Origin: a virus
Lineage: Duplodnaviria > Heunggongvirae > Uroviricota > Caudoviricetes
Virus record (IMG/VR): IMGVR_UViG_2706796290_000001
Location: 34,171-98,170 of that record
Reading direction: 5' to 3' (one strand)
DNA length: 64,000 nt
The notes beneath the pieces are model-generated. The model did not search any database, was not told the DNA's origin, and saw only the letters and a program-made list of their open reading frames with translations. Below are positions 29,811 through 39,187 of the stretch, piece by piece. The stretch's first letter is position 1, and each line of letters starts with the position of its first letter. The translations under genes were made by a program, and so were the position numbers.

Positions 29811-29849
29811 TCTTTCAGTAATTATTCAGTTCAAATTAACAAAAATTTG

Positions 29850-29878
29850 TTGACTTGGTGTTTGCATAGTTCTAATAT
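29850..29878 (+). promoter_or_regulatory. Sigma70-like promoter
   Basis: TTGACT-N17-TAATAT. Shares the TTGACTTGGTGTT core with the other family promoters. Confidence 0.5.
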
Positions 29879-29891
29879 ACAAGGAATAGTT

Positions 29892-30566
29892 ATGGTTGCA
29901 AGACATTCAAGAACTAAGTTAAATATATCTAACATTGATACATCAAATATGAAACCTTCGGAGAAAGTTCAACATATACTTGAGCTTAATCCAGAGGTTT
30001 TCCCTTCTAAGGCTTCTTATATTGACCTCTTAAGGAAGTGTATTCGTGCAGGTTGGGTAAAACACCCAGTTAAGCAAGCTTACAAAGAGTCAAAAAAGAA
30101 GAAGATCAAAAACCCAAACCCATATCACCAGAAAAGATTTGAGTATGTTTGGGGTTACACCTGTGAAATTTGTGGTGAAGATTATGTCGAAAAGGATATC
30201 GAAGTAGACCACAAAGTAGGAAACATTAGGTTTACCGAAATAGAGGACTTTGAGAGTTATGCTCTTGCAATTTTACATATTGCACCAGAGGACTTGCAAA
30301 TACTCTGTGCTTATCGGGACACTGATGTTAGATCAAGGAAGAAACATTCCTGTCACCATATCAAAACACTAGCAGAAAAGAATGGAATATCTTTTGAAGA
30401 GGCTAAAATTTTGAAAAAGGTTATTCAGGTGGAGAAGTCTGGCGAAGGTGCTGTTGTAAAGATGTTGACTAGTTTAGGTGTATCTACTAAGGATATTCCA
30501 AAAACAAAGTCAGGTAAAAATAAATTATTAAGGGAGGTTGCTCTAAGTCAAGTTAAGGCTAAGTAA
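29892..30566 (+). CDS. Free-standing HNH endonuclease
   Basis: CEICGEDY...EVDHKVGN HNH/zinc-finger motif. Start at ATG 29892 after AAGGA. Confidence 0.65.
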   Translation: MVARHSRTKLNISNIDTSNMKPSEKVQHILELNPEVFPSKASYIDLLRKCIRAGWVKHPVKQAYKESKKKKIKNPNPYHQKRFEYVWGYTCEICGEDYVEKDIEVDHKVGNIRFTEIEDFESYALAILHIAPEDLQILCAYRDTDVRSRKKHSCHHIKTLAEKNGISFEEAKILKKVIQVEKSGEGAVVKMLTSLGVSTKDIPKTKSGKNKLLREVALSQVKAK

Positions 30567-30579
30567 CCTTGGAGGTAAA

Positions 30580-31557
30580 ATGTCAAAACAAAATTTAGAG
30601 TATAATCTCGAAATGGTTGAGCCTAGAGATTGGCATGCTAAAGCTGTAGAAATGAGTCTGCAAGGTAAATCCTCAAGTGATATTGCTGAGGCTTTACTTG
30701 GCAGACGCACTCAAGGAAGTACGGTTCGAGATTTTCTTCGGAAGGTTAGTATCAGCAAGGCTGCTCTTGAAGTAGAAAATAAAGAATTGAAGATTCTCTA
30801 TTGGGATATTGAGACTCTGCCTTCTGTTTCTGCACACTGGGGTCAGTGGGGTCAGAATATCTCTAAAGGGAAAAAGATTAGAGAGGGTCATATGTTGAGT
30901 CATGCTTGGGCTTGGGGTGATGGGGAAGTTCAAAGCTCTATCTTAACACCTCAAGAGGTGATTAATGCAGATGACTCTCGTATCGTCTACGAGATGTGGA
31001 GCCTATTCGATCAAGCCGATGTAATTGTTGCACACAATGGTAGAAAGTTTGATATTAAGAAGGCTAAGACCTCATTTATCCTTCATGGTTTAGTTCCACC
31101 ATCCCCATACAAGGTTGTTGACACATTAAGTATTGCTAAGCGAAACTTTGCATTCCCATTTAACAACTTGGATTATCTGTGCGAAGTATTGGGGGTTGAA
31201 TTTAGGAAGGTTGAAAATAGTGGTGAAAAACTATGGATGTCTTGCCTCGCTGGTGATCCTGAATCATTGAAGCTTATGAGAGAATATAATGAAGGTGATA
31301 TTCCAACACTACGAGCACTGTATAAAAAACTACGTGCATGGGATACCGATGGAGTGAACTTGGGTTTATTTGTTGAGGGTGAAGATAAGTGCTTATGCCC
31401 TAATTGTGCATCAGATAACCTTGAAAAAATCGGTGGTAAAACTGCTAAGACACCTAATAATGTCTATGACGTTTATCGTTGTAAGGATTGTAAAGCTATT
31501 AGTCGAAGTGTGACTAGCATTAGTGGTTCTAAAAATAACTTAGTTAAAGTGGTTTAA
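30580..31557 (+). CDS. DEDD-family 3'-5' exonuclease with N-terminal HTH-like segment and C-terminal Cys4 zinc ribbon
   Basis: Exo I YWDIETL. Exo II AHNGRKFD. Exo III YNEGD. C-terminal CPNC...CKDC. Confidence 0.65.
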   Translation: MSKQNLEYNLEMVEPRDWHAKAVEMSLQGKSSSDIAEALLGRRTQGSTVRDFLRKVSISKAALEVENKELKILYWDIETLPSVSAHWGQWGQNISKGKKIREGHMLSHAWAWGDGEVQSSILTPQEVINADDSRIVYEMWSLFDQADVIVAHNGRKFDIKKAKTSFILHGLVPPSPYKVVDTLSIAKRNFAFPFNNLDYLCEVLGVEFRKVENSGEKLWMSCLAGDPESLKLMREYNEGDIPTLRALYKKLRAWDTDGVNLGLFVEGEDKCLCPNCASDNLEKIGGKTAKTPNNVYDVYRCKDCKAISRSVTSISGSKNNLVKVV

Positions 31558-31571
31558 AATTGGAGGGAATT

Positions 31572-32483
31572 ATGAATTTGGAAGTTGAAGATATTAAAAA
31601 ACAAACACAGGAAGTTGCAGTAGCTATGGAAAATGTATTACATGATGCTCAGAGTGCTGCTATTGAGTTGGCCCATAGCGAGGTTGAACAGCCAGAGATT
31701 TCACCTGAAGAACAAGCTCGACAGGATCGTGTTGTAGCTTGTGTTCGTAAGATTGTACTTTTGAATACAATCATGGGCAACAACCCTGTGTACGGTGTTT
31801 TACCAAGTGAACATTTGAAAATCTTATCTGCTCAAGAAAAAGTATTCTTGGAAGAACGTAATGAAGCCTTAGCTGCAATCCATTCTAAATACCTTATTGA
31901 AGTGTTAGATGGTTTAGCTGATATGTTTGTTGTACAGACTGGCTACCAGCATTTAAACGCACCAATTCCAGAAGAATTAATTGCTGAAGGTCATTTCCCA
32001 GAACAATTTGCAGGACATGTTGGCTCAGCTTTAATGGGTCCAGAGATTGGTGCTTTATCAAATAGTGTATTTGCAGGTATGGCTGATGCATTCCATATTG
32101 CACGTATTGCCTCAGAGCAGCTTTTTATTGACAGACTTGGGGTTAGCCAAGAACGATACCTTGAGGGTTGTATTCTAGCGCTAGAGCTTATCTGTGACAA
32201 CAACTTAGCTAAAGCTACAAAAGACAAAGATTTGGCTGCACGTTGGTACAAGAAACTTGGTAAAAAGTTAGTCGAGAAAGAAGGATGGCATATCCGTGCA
32301 GTTGAAGTTAATGGTGAAACTTGGTATTCACTCTTTGATGGTAATGGTAAATTCCGTAAACACAAGGACTTTGTTGGTGTAGATTTGCAACCTGTTTTAG
32401 ATTATATGCTTGAGGGTATTGACAAAGAGTTAATTCCAGATCAAGATAATGCTAAGTTACTATTCGAACAAGCGAGAGGTTAA
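31572..32483 (+). CDS. Hypothetical protein
   Basis: ATG at 31572 after GGAGGG. 303 aa. Confidence 0.45.
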   Translation: MNLEVEDIKKQTQEVAVAMENVLHDAQSAAIELAHSEVEQPEISPEEQARQDRVVACVRKIVLLNTIMGNNPVYGVLPSEHLKILSAQEKVFLEERNEALAAIHSKYLIEVLDGLADMFVVQTGYQHLNAPIPEELIAEGHFPEQFAGHVGSALMGPEIGALSNSVFAGMADAFHIARIASEQLFIDRLGVSQERYLEGCILALELICDNNLAKATKDKDLAARWYKKLGKKLVEKEGWHIRAVEVNGETWYSLFDGNGKFRKHKDFVGVDLQPVLDYMLEGIDKELIPDQDNAKLLFEQARG

Positions 32484-32484
32484 T

Positions 32485-32586
32485 ATGGCTGAAAATACTG
32501 AAACAGTTACAATTTCAAATCAGAGTGCTAAGTTGCACGAGAAGTTATTGGGAGATGGGGAGGAGGTGTTGATTGAGCTTAAATAG
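32485..32586 (+). CDS. Small ORF (33 aa) overlapping the RBS of the ThyX-like gene
   Basis: ATG after GAGAGG. Highly speculative. Confidence 0.2.
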   Translation: MAENTETVTISNQSAKLHEKLLGDGEEVLIELK

Positions 32587-33601
32587 AAATTTTTTTGAAA
32601 GGTCGACAAACATCACCGCTAAGGTTATTGCGGACAGTATTTCCCCTTCAGGACAACGTATCACGACCTTTGAGATTGAATATCCACGTTTTATCCTTGC
32701 TGAGTTGAACACTCATAAGATGTTGGAAAAGAATTCATCTAGTTCTCGTGCTATTCCCATCACTAAAATGATTGAGCAAATTGAATCTAATGGTGCAACT
32801 CCTCTATACTGGGGTAAAACTAAGTCAGGGATGCAAGCTGGGGAAGAGGTGGTTGGAAATGACCTAAGTGTTATACAATACTTGTGGGGCTTGGCACGAT
32901 CAAGTGCTGTAGCATCAGCAGATATTTTATCTCAAATGGGGTTGCATAAACAAACAGCTAATCGTTTGCTTGAACCTTTTCAGATGATGAAGACTGTCAT
33001 TACTGGAACTGATTGGGATAACTTCTTCAATTTACGTATTCATCCAGATGCCCAGCCAGAGTTCTGTATGTTAGCTTACAAGATGTATATGGCTATGCAA
33101 GATAGTGCCCCTGTAAAATTAGTTGCTGGTCAATGGCATTTGCCATTTGTTCACACTTTTATTAGTAAAGATGGTGTTCAATATTATAGTGATGGTATTA
33201 GTCCTCTGAGTGGTGGTAAACAACTTTCACTTGAAGAAGCTATTCGTGTATCTGCATCGTGTTGTGCTCAAACATCATACCGTAAGAGTGATGATTCATT
33301 AGAGAAAGCTGATAAGATTTTCGACATGTTGATCAAGGCAGATGTGCTTCATGCTTCACCTTTTGGGCACTTAGCTACACCAATTGTATCTGTAAATGAC
33401 ACTGTTAATGAAATCTATAAAAATCTGACAGATGATTTTACTTGGGAACTTGGTGTAACTCATATGAGACGTGGTGGTATATTGTGTTCAGGTAATTTAA
33501 CTGGTTGGATTTCATATCGACATCTTATTCCAAACAATACATGTTATGAATTTGATTTTGAAGAACGTATGAAGCTCTTCTCAGATGGAAGTGTTTCTTA
33601 A
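32573..33601 (+). CDS. ThyX-family (Thy1 fold) protein with the RHR motif replaced by THK; C-terminal extension
   Basis: TFEIEYPRFILAELNTHKMLEKNSSSSRAI aligns to the ThyX signature ...ELLRHRIASYSQESQRY. Second conserved block DWDNFFNLRIHPDAQPEF. TTG start 6 nt after AGGAGG. Confidence 0.6.
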   Translation: MSLNRNFFERSTNITAKVIADSISPSGQRITTFEIEYPRFILAELNTHKMLEKNSSSSRAIPITKMIEQIESNGATPLYWGKTKSGMQAGEEVVGNDLSVIQYLWGLARSSAVASADILSQMGLHKQTANRLLEPFQMMKTVITGTDWDNFFNLRIHPDAQPEFCMLAYKMYMAMQDSAPVKLVAGQWHLPFVHTFISKDGVQYYSDGISPLSGGKQLSLEEAIRVSASCCAQTSYRKSDDSLEKADKIFDMLIKADVLHASPFGHLATPIVSVNDTVNEIYKNLTDDFTWELGVTHMRRGGILCSGNLTGWISYRHLIPNNTCYEFDFEERMKLFSDGSVS

Positions 33602-33611
33602 GGAGGTGTAC

Positions 33612-34001
33612 ATGGCTTATGTACGAGCAAGCCACAAGGATGTGGTAGAGTTACTTACACAGGGAAACTATGAAGTAACCAAGGAAAATATTTATAAAGC
33701 ATTACATTTGGTTTTTGGTTTTGATAGAACTCGTAGGGGTGAGTTTGGAATTGAAGATTCTGAAACGGCTTTATCGGAGAATGATATTGGCAAAAAGCGT
33801 TGGTTTAGTGTAGATGCATACCAACACAAAACCTTGGATGGTGAAGTTGTGGTTGGGTTAATGTATATTGGCTACGAACGTAAGGATGAGGATTGGATTC
33901 AAAATGGACGACCTTCTGAGGAAGTTAAAATGGAAATTCGAAATGATCCCTCTTACAATGCTTTAATTGCTGGTTTAAGTCGAAGACGACCTGTTAGTTA
34001 A
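33612..34001 (+). CDS. Hypothetical protein
   Basis: ATG at 33612 after AGGAGG. Confidence 0.4.
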   Translation: MAYVRASHKDVVELLTQGNYEVTKENIYKALHLVFGFDRTRRGEFGIEDSETALSENDIGKKRWFSVDAYQHKTLDGEVVVGLMYIGYERKDEDWIQNGRPSEEVKMEIRNDPSYNALIAGLSRRRPVS

Positions 34002-34090
34002 CGATTAAAATTTGAAGTGTTTCTTTATAGAGGCAAACCTAAAGGCTCACCTCTGGTGGGCTTTATTTGTATGTGCAGAAGGAGTTTTAA

Positions 34091-35860
34091 ATGGGAAAAA
34101 ATATTACCCGTAAAAGAGAGGATGGCCGTAACACCCGTAACCGTGACTACAGACAAGAAATTGGAGAAAGAGATTTATACATCAGTGAGAAGCACAAACA
34201 ACAACGTGAAGAGTATATTAAACAAAACCCAATTGTTCCATTAAACCCTAAACAACGTAGATATATGGAACTATTAGATGAGAAGAAGTGTATCATTGCT
34301 ACAGGCTTTGCAGGTTGTGTTGATGCTGATACAGAATTCTTAAGTGAATCTGGCTGGAAGCGCATGGCAGATTATGTTGTTGGTGACAAAGTCATGCAAG
34401 TCAGTCAAGAAGGTTTATTGGGAAGTTTTGTTGACCCAGTTCAATATATTAAACGTGAGTGTGATTGGTTCTACCACTTCAAGACGCATCGTGGTATTGA
34501 TCAAGTTTTATCCGAAGAGCACCACGTGGCGTATACGATAAAAGATCGATTACGGCTGAACAAAGTGTTAGTTGCTGATCTTGTAGAAAGTTTAGATTAC
34601 AAACCTAATGGCTTCCTAGGTAAAATTCCTTGTATCTATAGATTTAATGGCAATAGTTTAGGTTTAAGTGATTGGGATATTAGACTTGGTGTTGCTATCA
34701 AAGCGGATGCACATCTCGCTTCTGAGACAACAGGACGATATGTCTTTCGGCTAAAGAAAGAGCGTAAGGTTGAAAGACTTAAGTGGATTTTGGAAAATAT
34801 GGGGCGTGATTATAAACTACGGCACTTAGAAGGTGGGTATACTGAAATTCAAGTCTATGCGCCAGAACACACAAAAAACCTTGCAGATTGGATGTTTTGC
34901 TCAAAAGAAGATGCAGAAATAATTATGAGTGAATATCAATACTGGGATGGGGATTCAAAACCAGTTGGGTCTAGGTTGCCGAGATTCTCGACATCTAGAA
35001 AGACAGAAGCCGATGCCATGCAGTACTTTGCAAACATTTGTGGGTATCGTGCAAGTGTTACTGAGGTGACTTCAGATTGTACGTTTAAGCATGTAAAAAA
35101 GGTTTACAAATATGAAGGTCGTGTGATGTACACAATTAGTTTCACGAAACAAACGCACATACGCTTGACACCAAAAAATCGTGTTACAGGAGAGATTGTG
35201 AAACCAGATAAAATCCCAAGTGTTGATGGGTATAAATATTGTTTTGAAGTTCCATCTGGTTTCTTGTTACTTAGAAGAAACGGCAAGGTGTTTGTCACAG
35301 GTAATACATCTAAAACATATATCCCCACAGCTATCTTTGCAGATTTATACCGTACAGGAAAGCTTAAGAAAATTGTTTTAATTCGACCAGCCGTGTCTAA
35401 TTCTAAGAGTTTAGGTTACTTTGCAGGGACTATTGAGCAAAAGAGTTCTGTTTGGTTGGCACCTGTTATTGATGTGCTATACAAACGTCTAGGTCGTCCA
35501 GCAGCCCTACAGGCTATCGCTAATGGTGACATTGAGTTTGTTCCTATGGAAACAGTTAAAGGTCGAAGCTTTGATGAAGACACAGCAGTTATTGTTACGG
35601 AAGCTGAAGATTGTACCAAAGAGGAAATCATGTCTCTACTAACCCGACAAAATGGTTGTAAGATGGTCATTGAAGGTGATGTTCGACAAAGTGCACTTCG
35701 AGAGGAAAGTGGTTTGAAGTTGGCTATTGATCTTTACATGAAGCATAAATCCCTTCAGGAAACTATGGGGTTAATTAACTTTGATGATGTACAGGATATT
35801 GTCCGAAGCCCTGAATGTAAAATTTGGATTAAAGTGTTCGTTAAGGAGAAGTTAATGTGA
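34091..35860 (+). CDS. phoH: PhoH-like ATPase interrupted by an intein within the Walker A motif
   Basis: LNPKQRRYMELL...IIATGFAG | intein | TSKTYIPTAIFADL...IVLIRPAV...LGYFAG matches the PhoH core GPAGTGKT...LTRPAVEAGE.LGFLPG. Confidence 0.8.
   Translation: MGKNITRKREDGRNTRNRDYRQEIGERDLYISEKHKQQREEYIKQNPIVPLNPKQRRYMELLDEKKCIIATGFAGCVDADTEFLSESGWKRMADYVVGDKVMQVSQEGLLGSFVDPVQYIKRECDWFYHFKTHRGIDQVLSEEHHVAYTIKDRLRLNKVLVADLVESLDYKPNGFLGKIPCIYRFNGNSLGLSDWDIRLGVAIKADAHLASETTGRYVFRLKKERKVERLKWILENMGRDYKLRHLEGGYTEIQVYAPEHTKNLADWMFCSKEDAEIIMSEYQYWDGDSKPVGSRLPRFSTSRKTEADAMQYFANICGYRASVTEVTSDCTFKHVKKVYKYEGRVMYTISFTKQTHIRLTPKNRVTGEIVKPDKIPSVDGYKYCFEVPSGFLLLRRNGKVFVTGNTSKTYIPTAIFADLYRTGKLKKIVLIRPAVSNSKSLGYFAGTIEQKSSVWLAPVIDVLYKRLGRPAALQAIANGDIEFVPMETVKGRSFDEDTAVIVTEAEDCTKEEIMSLLTRQNGCKMVIEGDVRQSALREESGLKLAIDLYMKHKSLQETMGLINFDDVQDIVRSPECKIWIKVFVKEKLM
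34316..35305 (+). mobile_element. Intein (330 aa), probably with an endonuclease domain, inside PhoH Walker A
   Basis: Begins CVDADTEFLSESG and ends ...NGKVFVTGN before T+1. Internal LGVAIKADAH resembles a degenerate LAGLIDADG motif. Boundaries verified on nucleotides. Confidence 0.75.
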
Positions 35861-36249
35861 TGTCTGAGGATGTTCATACACGTTCATATATGGAGGCAGT
35901 AGAGCACATGCAAAAGTGTGAGAATGCTCTACTGGAGGCTATCAACAAGGTGTTTGAAGAGTACTCCAAGATGAATTACTTCTTGGATTCCTACTTAAAT
36001 ATGTCGGAGGCGCTTAAAGAAATTAAGAGGAATTTCAATAACTTGGTAGATAAAGTAAATAATTTTAATCTTCCTTTAAAAAAGTTGTTGACAAAGAATT
36101 TTTCTATTGGTAAAGTATGCTACATATTAAAGGCAAACGCCAAAATAGATAAGACATCTGGTTTAACAAAGATTGACACTTATAGTGTCTTTAAGATAAA
36201 CTTGGATGGTTCTGAGTCGATAGTTCTAACGGGAGATTGGCATGAATAA
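35860..36249 (+). CDS. Hypothetical protein
   Basis: ORF overlapping the phoH stop (ATGTGATG). Confidence 0.4.
   Translation: MSEDVHTRSYMEAVEHMQKCENALLEAINKVFEEYSKMNYFLDSYLNMSEALKEIKRNFNNLVDKVNNFNLPLKKLLTKNFSIGKVCYILKANAKIDKTSGLTKIDTYSVFKINLDGSESIVLTGDWHE
36088..36116 (+). promoter_or_regulatory. Possible internal promoter (AAAAAGTTGTTGACA family)
   Basis: TTGACA-N17-TAAAGT inside the 35860..36249 ORF. Confidence 0.3.
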
Positions 36250-36274
36250 GTTTAAATAACTCGGAGAGAAAACT

Positions 36275-36511
36275 TTGAAAATTACGCAAGCACAGTTAGA
36301 CCATCTTTGTACTCTTCATACTTTAATGGTATCCTCTAAGGAATCCTATGATGAAGCTGTTAAGAAAGTTGCAGAAGACAATGGTGTTGACAGTTCTGTA
36401 TTAAAGTCCTTCATTGGTAAATATGAAGGGGATCGTGAAAAATTAAATAAAGAAGTGGAGAAAAAGCAACAATTTATTGATCTTGTTGAAAACTTCACTT
36501 GGGAGAATTAA
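36275..36511 (+). CDS. Hypothetical protein
   Basis: TTG start after GGAGAG. 78 aa. Confidence 0.35.
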   Translation: MKITQAQLDHLCTLHTLMVSSKESYDEAVKKVAEDNGVDSSVLKSFIGKYEGDREKLNKEVEKKQQFIDLVENFTWEN

Positions 36512-36513
36512 CA

Positions 36514-36939
36514 ATGGGTTTGGAAAGTGTAGAGGATTTACTAAAGCTTTTGGCTAAAGTTAAGATGCATGCAGCAATGGTACGTCTTGCTGAAGTTCAA
36601 GCTGGTAAGTCAGGCTTAGAAGTTGCACGAGCTTGGTTCTCTGTTTGTCGTGGACATTATGTAGTGCCAAAACCAACAGACGAATATGAGCCAGATTTTG
36701 AAGAAGATCGACTTAAAATTGTTGGTTTGGTTGAAGATGGTGAAAAATTTAAGTTTGAATTTGAAACATCTACTGGTTCAACAGTTCAATTAGGTGGTCG
36801 ATTACATGCTGACTACATCTTAGTTGATAGCCAAGATGTTGACCCTTTTGAAATAATCGAACAATTAACAAATGTTCTTGGTGGGGAAGACTTGAAGAAG
36901 TCTGATAGTGATTCACCAATTAAACACTTGCTAAGTTAA
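36514..36939 (+). CDS. Hypothetical protein
   Basis: ATG 36514. Confidence 0.4.
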   Translation: MGLESVEDLLKLLAKVKMHAAMVRLAEVQAGKSGLEVARAWFSVCRGHYVVPKPTDEYEPDFEEDRLKIVGLVEDGEKFKFEFETSTGSTVQLGGRLHADYILVDSQDVDPFEIIEQLTNVLGGEDLKKSDSDSPIKHLLS

Positions 36940-37022
36940 TTTAAATAAGGTAATATTCAGGTAGTACTAAAGGTTGTACTACCACTACCACTACTAAACA
37001 AAAATTTTTGGAGAAAATATTT

Positions 37023-37595
37023 ATGACACGTTTAAATACTCAATATGTTGAAACTCAAAACACTGGCAAGTTAAAAGTTGGTGATGTTGTTGAAATCTTA
37101 AATACAGAAGAATTCCATGATGGTGCAAAAGTTGGTGATCGTGCTGTTGTTTTACAAATTCGAACTATGCCAATCATTGCATTACGCTTCGCTGTATTAG
37201 GTTATGAAGTGGAAGGTTTTGACCATCTTGTATTCCGAAACATTGATTTTGAAGACTTTGAAGATGAAGTTAAATTCTTAGGTCGACAAACAGATGCACA
37301 TGAATTCCAAACCAAATACCTTGAAAAGTTAGGTGCTTCAAACATCCGAGTTCTTGATCTTGCACGTTTTGATGAAGATTATGTGGAGCAAAATGCTGTT
37401 TACCCTCTAGTTGGTGCTGCATTGAAACCTACAATCAAGTGGGTTGAAAGTGAAGATGAAGGTCTTGTTGCTGCTGTAACTGGTTGGGAAGCTGATACTG
37501 ATGAAGATGGTGATGTTCTTGTGTTCCAACTTGAAGATGGTAACATCCAGTACACACAGTTAGATGAAGGTGTTGAGTTAGCTTTAGCTAGTTAA
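37023..37595 (+). CDS. Hypothetical acidic protein
   Basis: ATG 37023 after GGAG. D/E-rich. Confidence 0.4.
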   Translation: MTRLNTQYVETQNTGKLKVGDVVEILNTEEFHDGAKVGDRAVVLQIRTMPIIALRFAVLGYEVEGFDHLVFRNIDFEDFEDEVKFLGRQTDAHEFQTKYLEKLGASNIRVLDLARFDEDYVEQNAVYPLVGAALKPTIKWVESEDEGLVAAVTGWEADTDEDGDVLVFQLEDGNIQYTQLDEGVELALAS

Positions 37596-37623
37596 GTCCT
37601 TAAAATAACTTGATTAAAGAATG

Positions 37624-37647
37624 CCCCAACATTGTTTGGGGTTTTCT
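37624..37647 (+). terminator. Rho-independent terminator
   Basis: CCCCAAC-ATTG-TTTGGGG followed by TTTTCTT. Confidence 0.5.
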
Positions 37648-37674
37648 TGTAGTTTAACTTGACAGGAGGTCATT

Positions 37675-38067
37675 ATGGGAGAGCATATAATTCGTGCTCA
37701 GGCAATTGCGGAATTTAAAAGTAAAGACACAAGTGGGTCTGTTGGTTGTTCTGAAGTCCAATCAAAAACTGGTGCAATTAAATCTGATGGGGGTTCCTCA
37801 ACATATTACGATATTGCATTACCTGATGGATTACTCGATGAGTTAATTCGAAGAAAGCAAGATGAAGGACAATCTTATATTAAAACTGAAGAGATTATCC
37901 ATCTAGGTCTCGGAAATGACTTTGATGCTGGTAATATTTTCAAGTGTCTGGTTCGCATGGAATCTTTAAAGCAAGGCAAAGGTAAGGCTGGGAACAGCCT
38001 TGAGTATGATGCCAATAAAGTATTGTACTCAGCTAAGAAAATTGCTGGTCGTTTGGTTAGAAAATAA
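37675..38067 (+). CDS. Hypothetical protein
   Basis: 130 aa with RBS GGAGG. Confidence 0.4.
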   Translation: MGEHIIRAQAIAEFKSKDTSGSVGCSEVQSKTGAIKSDGGSSTYYDIALPDGLLDELIRRKQDEGQSYIKTEEIIHLGLGNDFDAGNIFKCLVRMESLKQGKGKAGNSLEYDANKVLYSAKKIAGRLVRK

Positions 38068-38129
38068 TATTCCATTAAGAAATTTTATATGATATCATCC
38101 TCACTAGGTTATCTTGGTGAGGATTTTTT

Positions 38130-38432
38130 ATGACGATGCGAAAAGAAGATGGTGGGATTGACTACCTACTTGCCTCCTTGTTTTTATTATTAGGGTTTGT
38201 TTTAGGTGCTCTATTTCTTGCCTACCAAAACACCCAGTTTATGAAGAATGAGATGTATACAGGTTGTACTAAGTTAGGATTTTATGAGGTCTATCCCGAT
38301 GAGGGTAAAGGTGTCTACTGTACCATAGCAAATTATGAGAAGGAGCACACTGAATACAATACCTACAAGGTTTTTAAAGATGATGGTGAGTTGTTTACCA
38401 CCATTCGTGAAGATTTAGGAGAGAAGAAATAA
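38130..38432 (+). CDS. Small membrane protein (1 TM)
   Basis: Hydrophobic LLASLFLLLGFVLGALFLAY. Confidence 0.4.
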   Translation: MTMRKEDGGIDYLLASLFLLLGFVLGALFLAYQNTQFMKNEMYTGCTKLGFYEVYPDEGKGVYCTIANYEKEHTEYNTYKVFKDDGELFTTIREDLGEKK

Positions 38433-38947
38433 TGCACATTCAAAAAGGTAAACTTCGCTTTAACAAGCGAGAGTTGTGGAACTTAGATAAACACCTTGCT
38501 AAAGTTATTGTTCAGGGGTTGCAACAGTTCAAGAGTGTCCACAAGAACACCATCCCACCACACTTAGTCACTGAGGATATTAACCCTGAAACTGGTAGAG
38601 AGGTTTATTGGGATTATTCGAGTGAGTATTGTGATGAACAATGGCAAGAGTTATTAGATAAGATGATCTTTGCGTTTACAGAGCATCCAACATACTTTGA
38701 TATTGAACCTTATGATTTTTATTATGATGATTTAACACACCCTGAAAAGTTTCCTGAGCAAGTGTGGGAAGATCATCCTGTTTATGGTAAGGTAACAGAG
38801 TGGAGACGTGTGTTAAAAGAGGGTGTTACACAAGAAGACGTGGATGCTTGGTGGGAACGTAGTCGAGCTTACGATGCTGAGATTAAACGCAAAGTGGATG
38901 AAGGTCGAGAGTTATTCATTAAACATTTTGATAGCTTGTGGGACTGA
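38432..38947 (+). CDS. Hypothetical protein
   Basis: 171 aa. Translationally coupled (ATAATG). Confidence 0.4.
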   Translation: MHIQKGKLRFNKRELWNLDKHLAKVIVQGLQQFKSVHKNTIPPHLVTEDINPETGREVYWDYSSEYCDEQWQELLDKMIFAFTEHPTYFDIEPYDFYYDDLTHPEKFPEQVWEDHPVYGKVTEWRRVLKEGVTQEDVDAWWERSRAYDAEIKRKVDEGRELFIKHFDSLWD

Positions 38948-38977
38948 GATATGCAGCATTATCGAGGAGAGGTATAG

Positions 38978-39184
38978 ATGAGTAATATTAAAGTGGGTGA
39001 TAAGGTTGAAGTTATCCATGCAGGTCTATTTGGATGGAATGTCCACAAAGGACATGTTGGTACAGTGAAAAACATAGTAGGTGATTTTGAAATAGAGGTA
39101 TACTTTGATAGTATTGGGGATGGGCTAACCCAGTGGGTTCACTACCCAACTTGGGAACGTTGGGTAAAAGTTATTAAGGAGTAA
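38978..39184 (+). CDS. Small KOW/SH3-like paralog family member
   Basis: IKVGDKVEVI ... W-rich C-terminus. Confidence 0.5.
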   Translation: MSNIKVGDKVEVIHAGLFGWNVHKGHVGTVKNIVGDFEIEVYFDSIGDGLTQWVHYPTWERWVKVIKE

Positions 39185-39187
39185 CCA

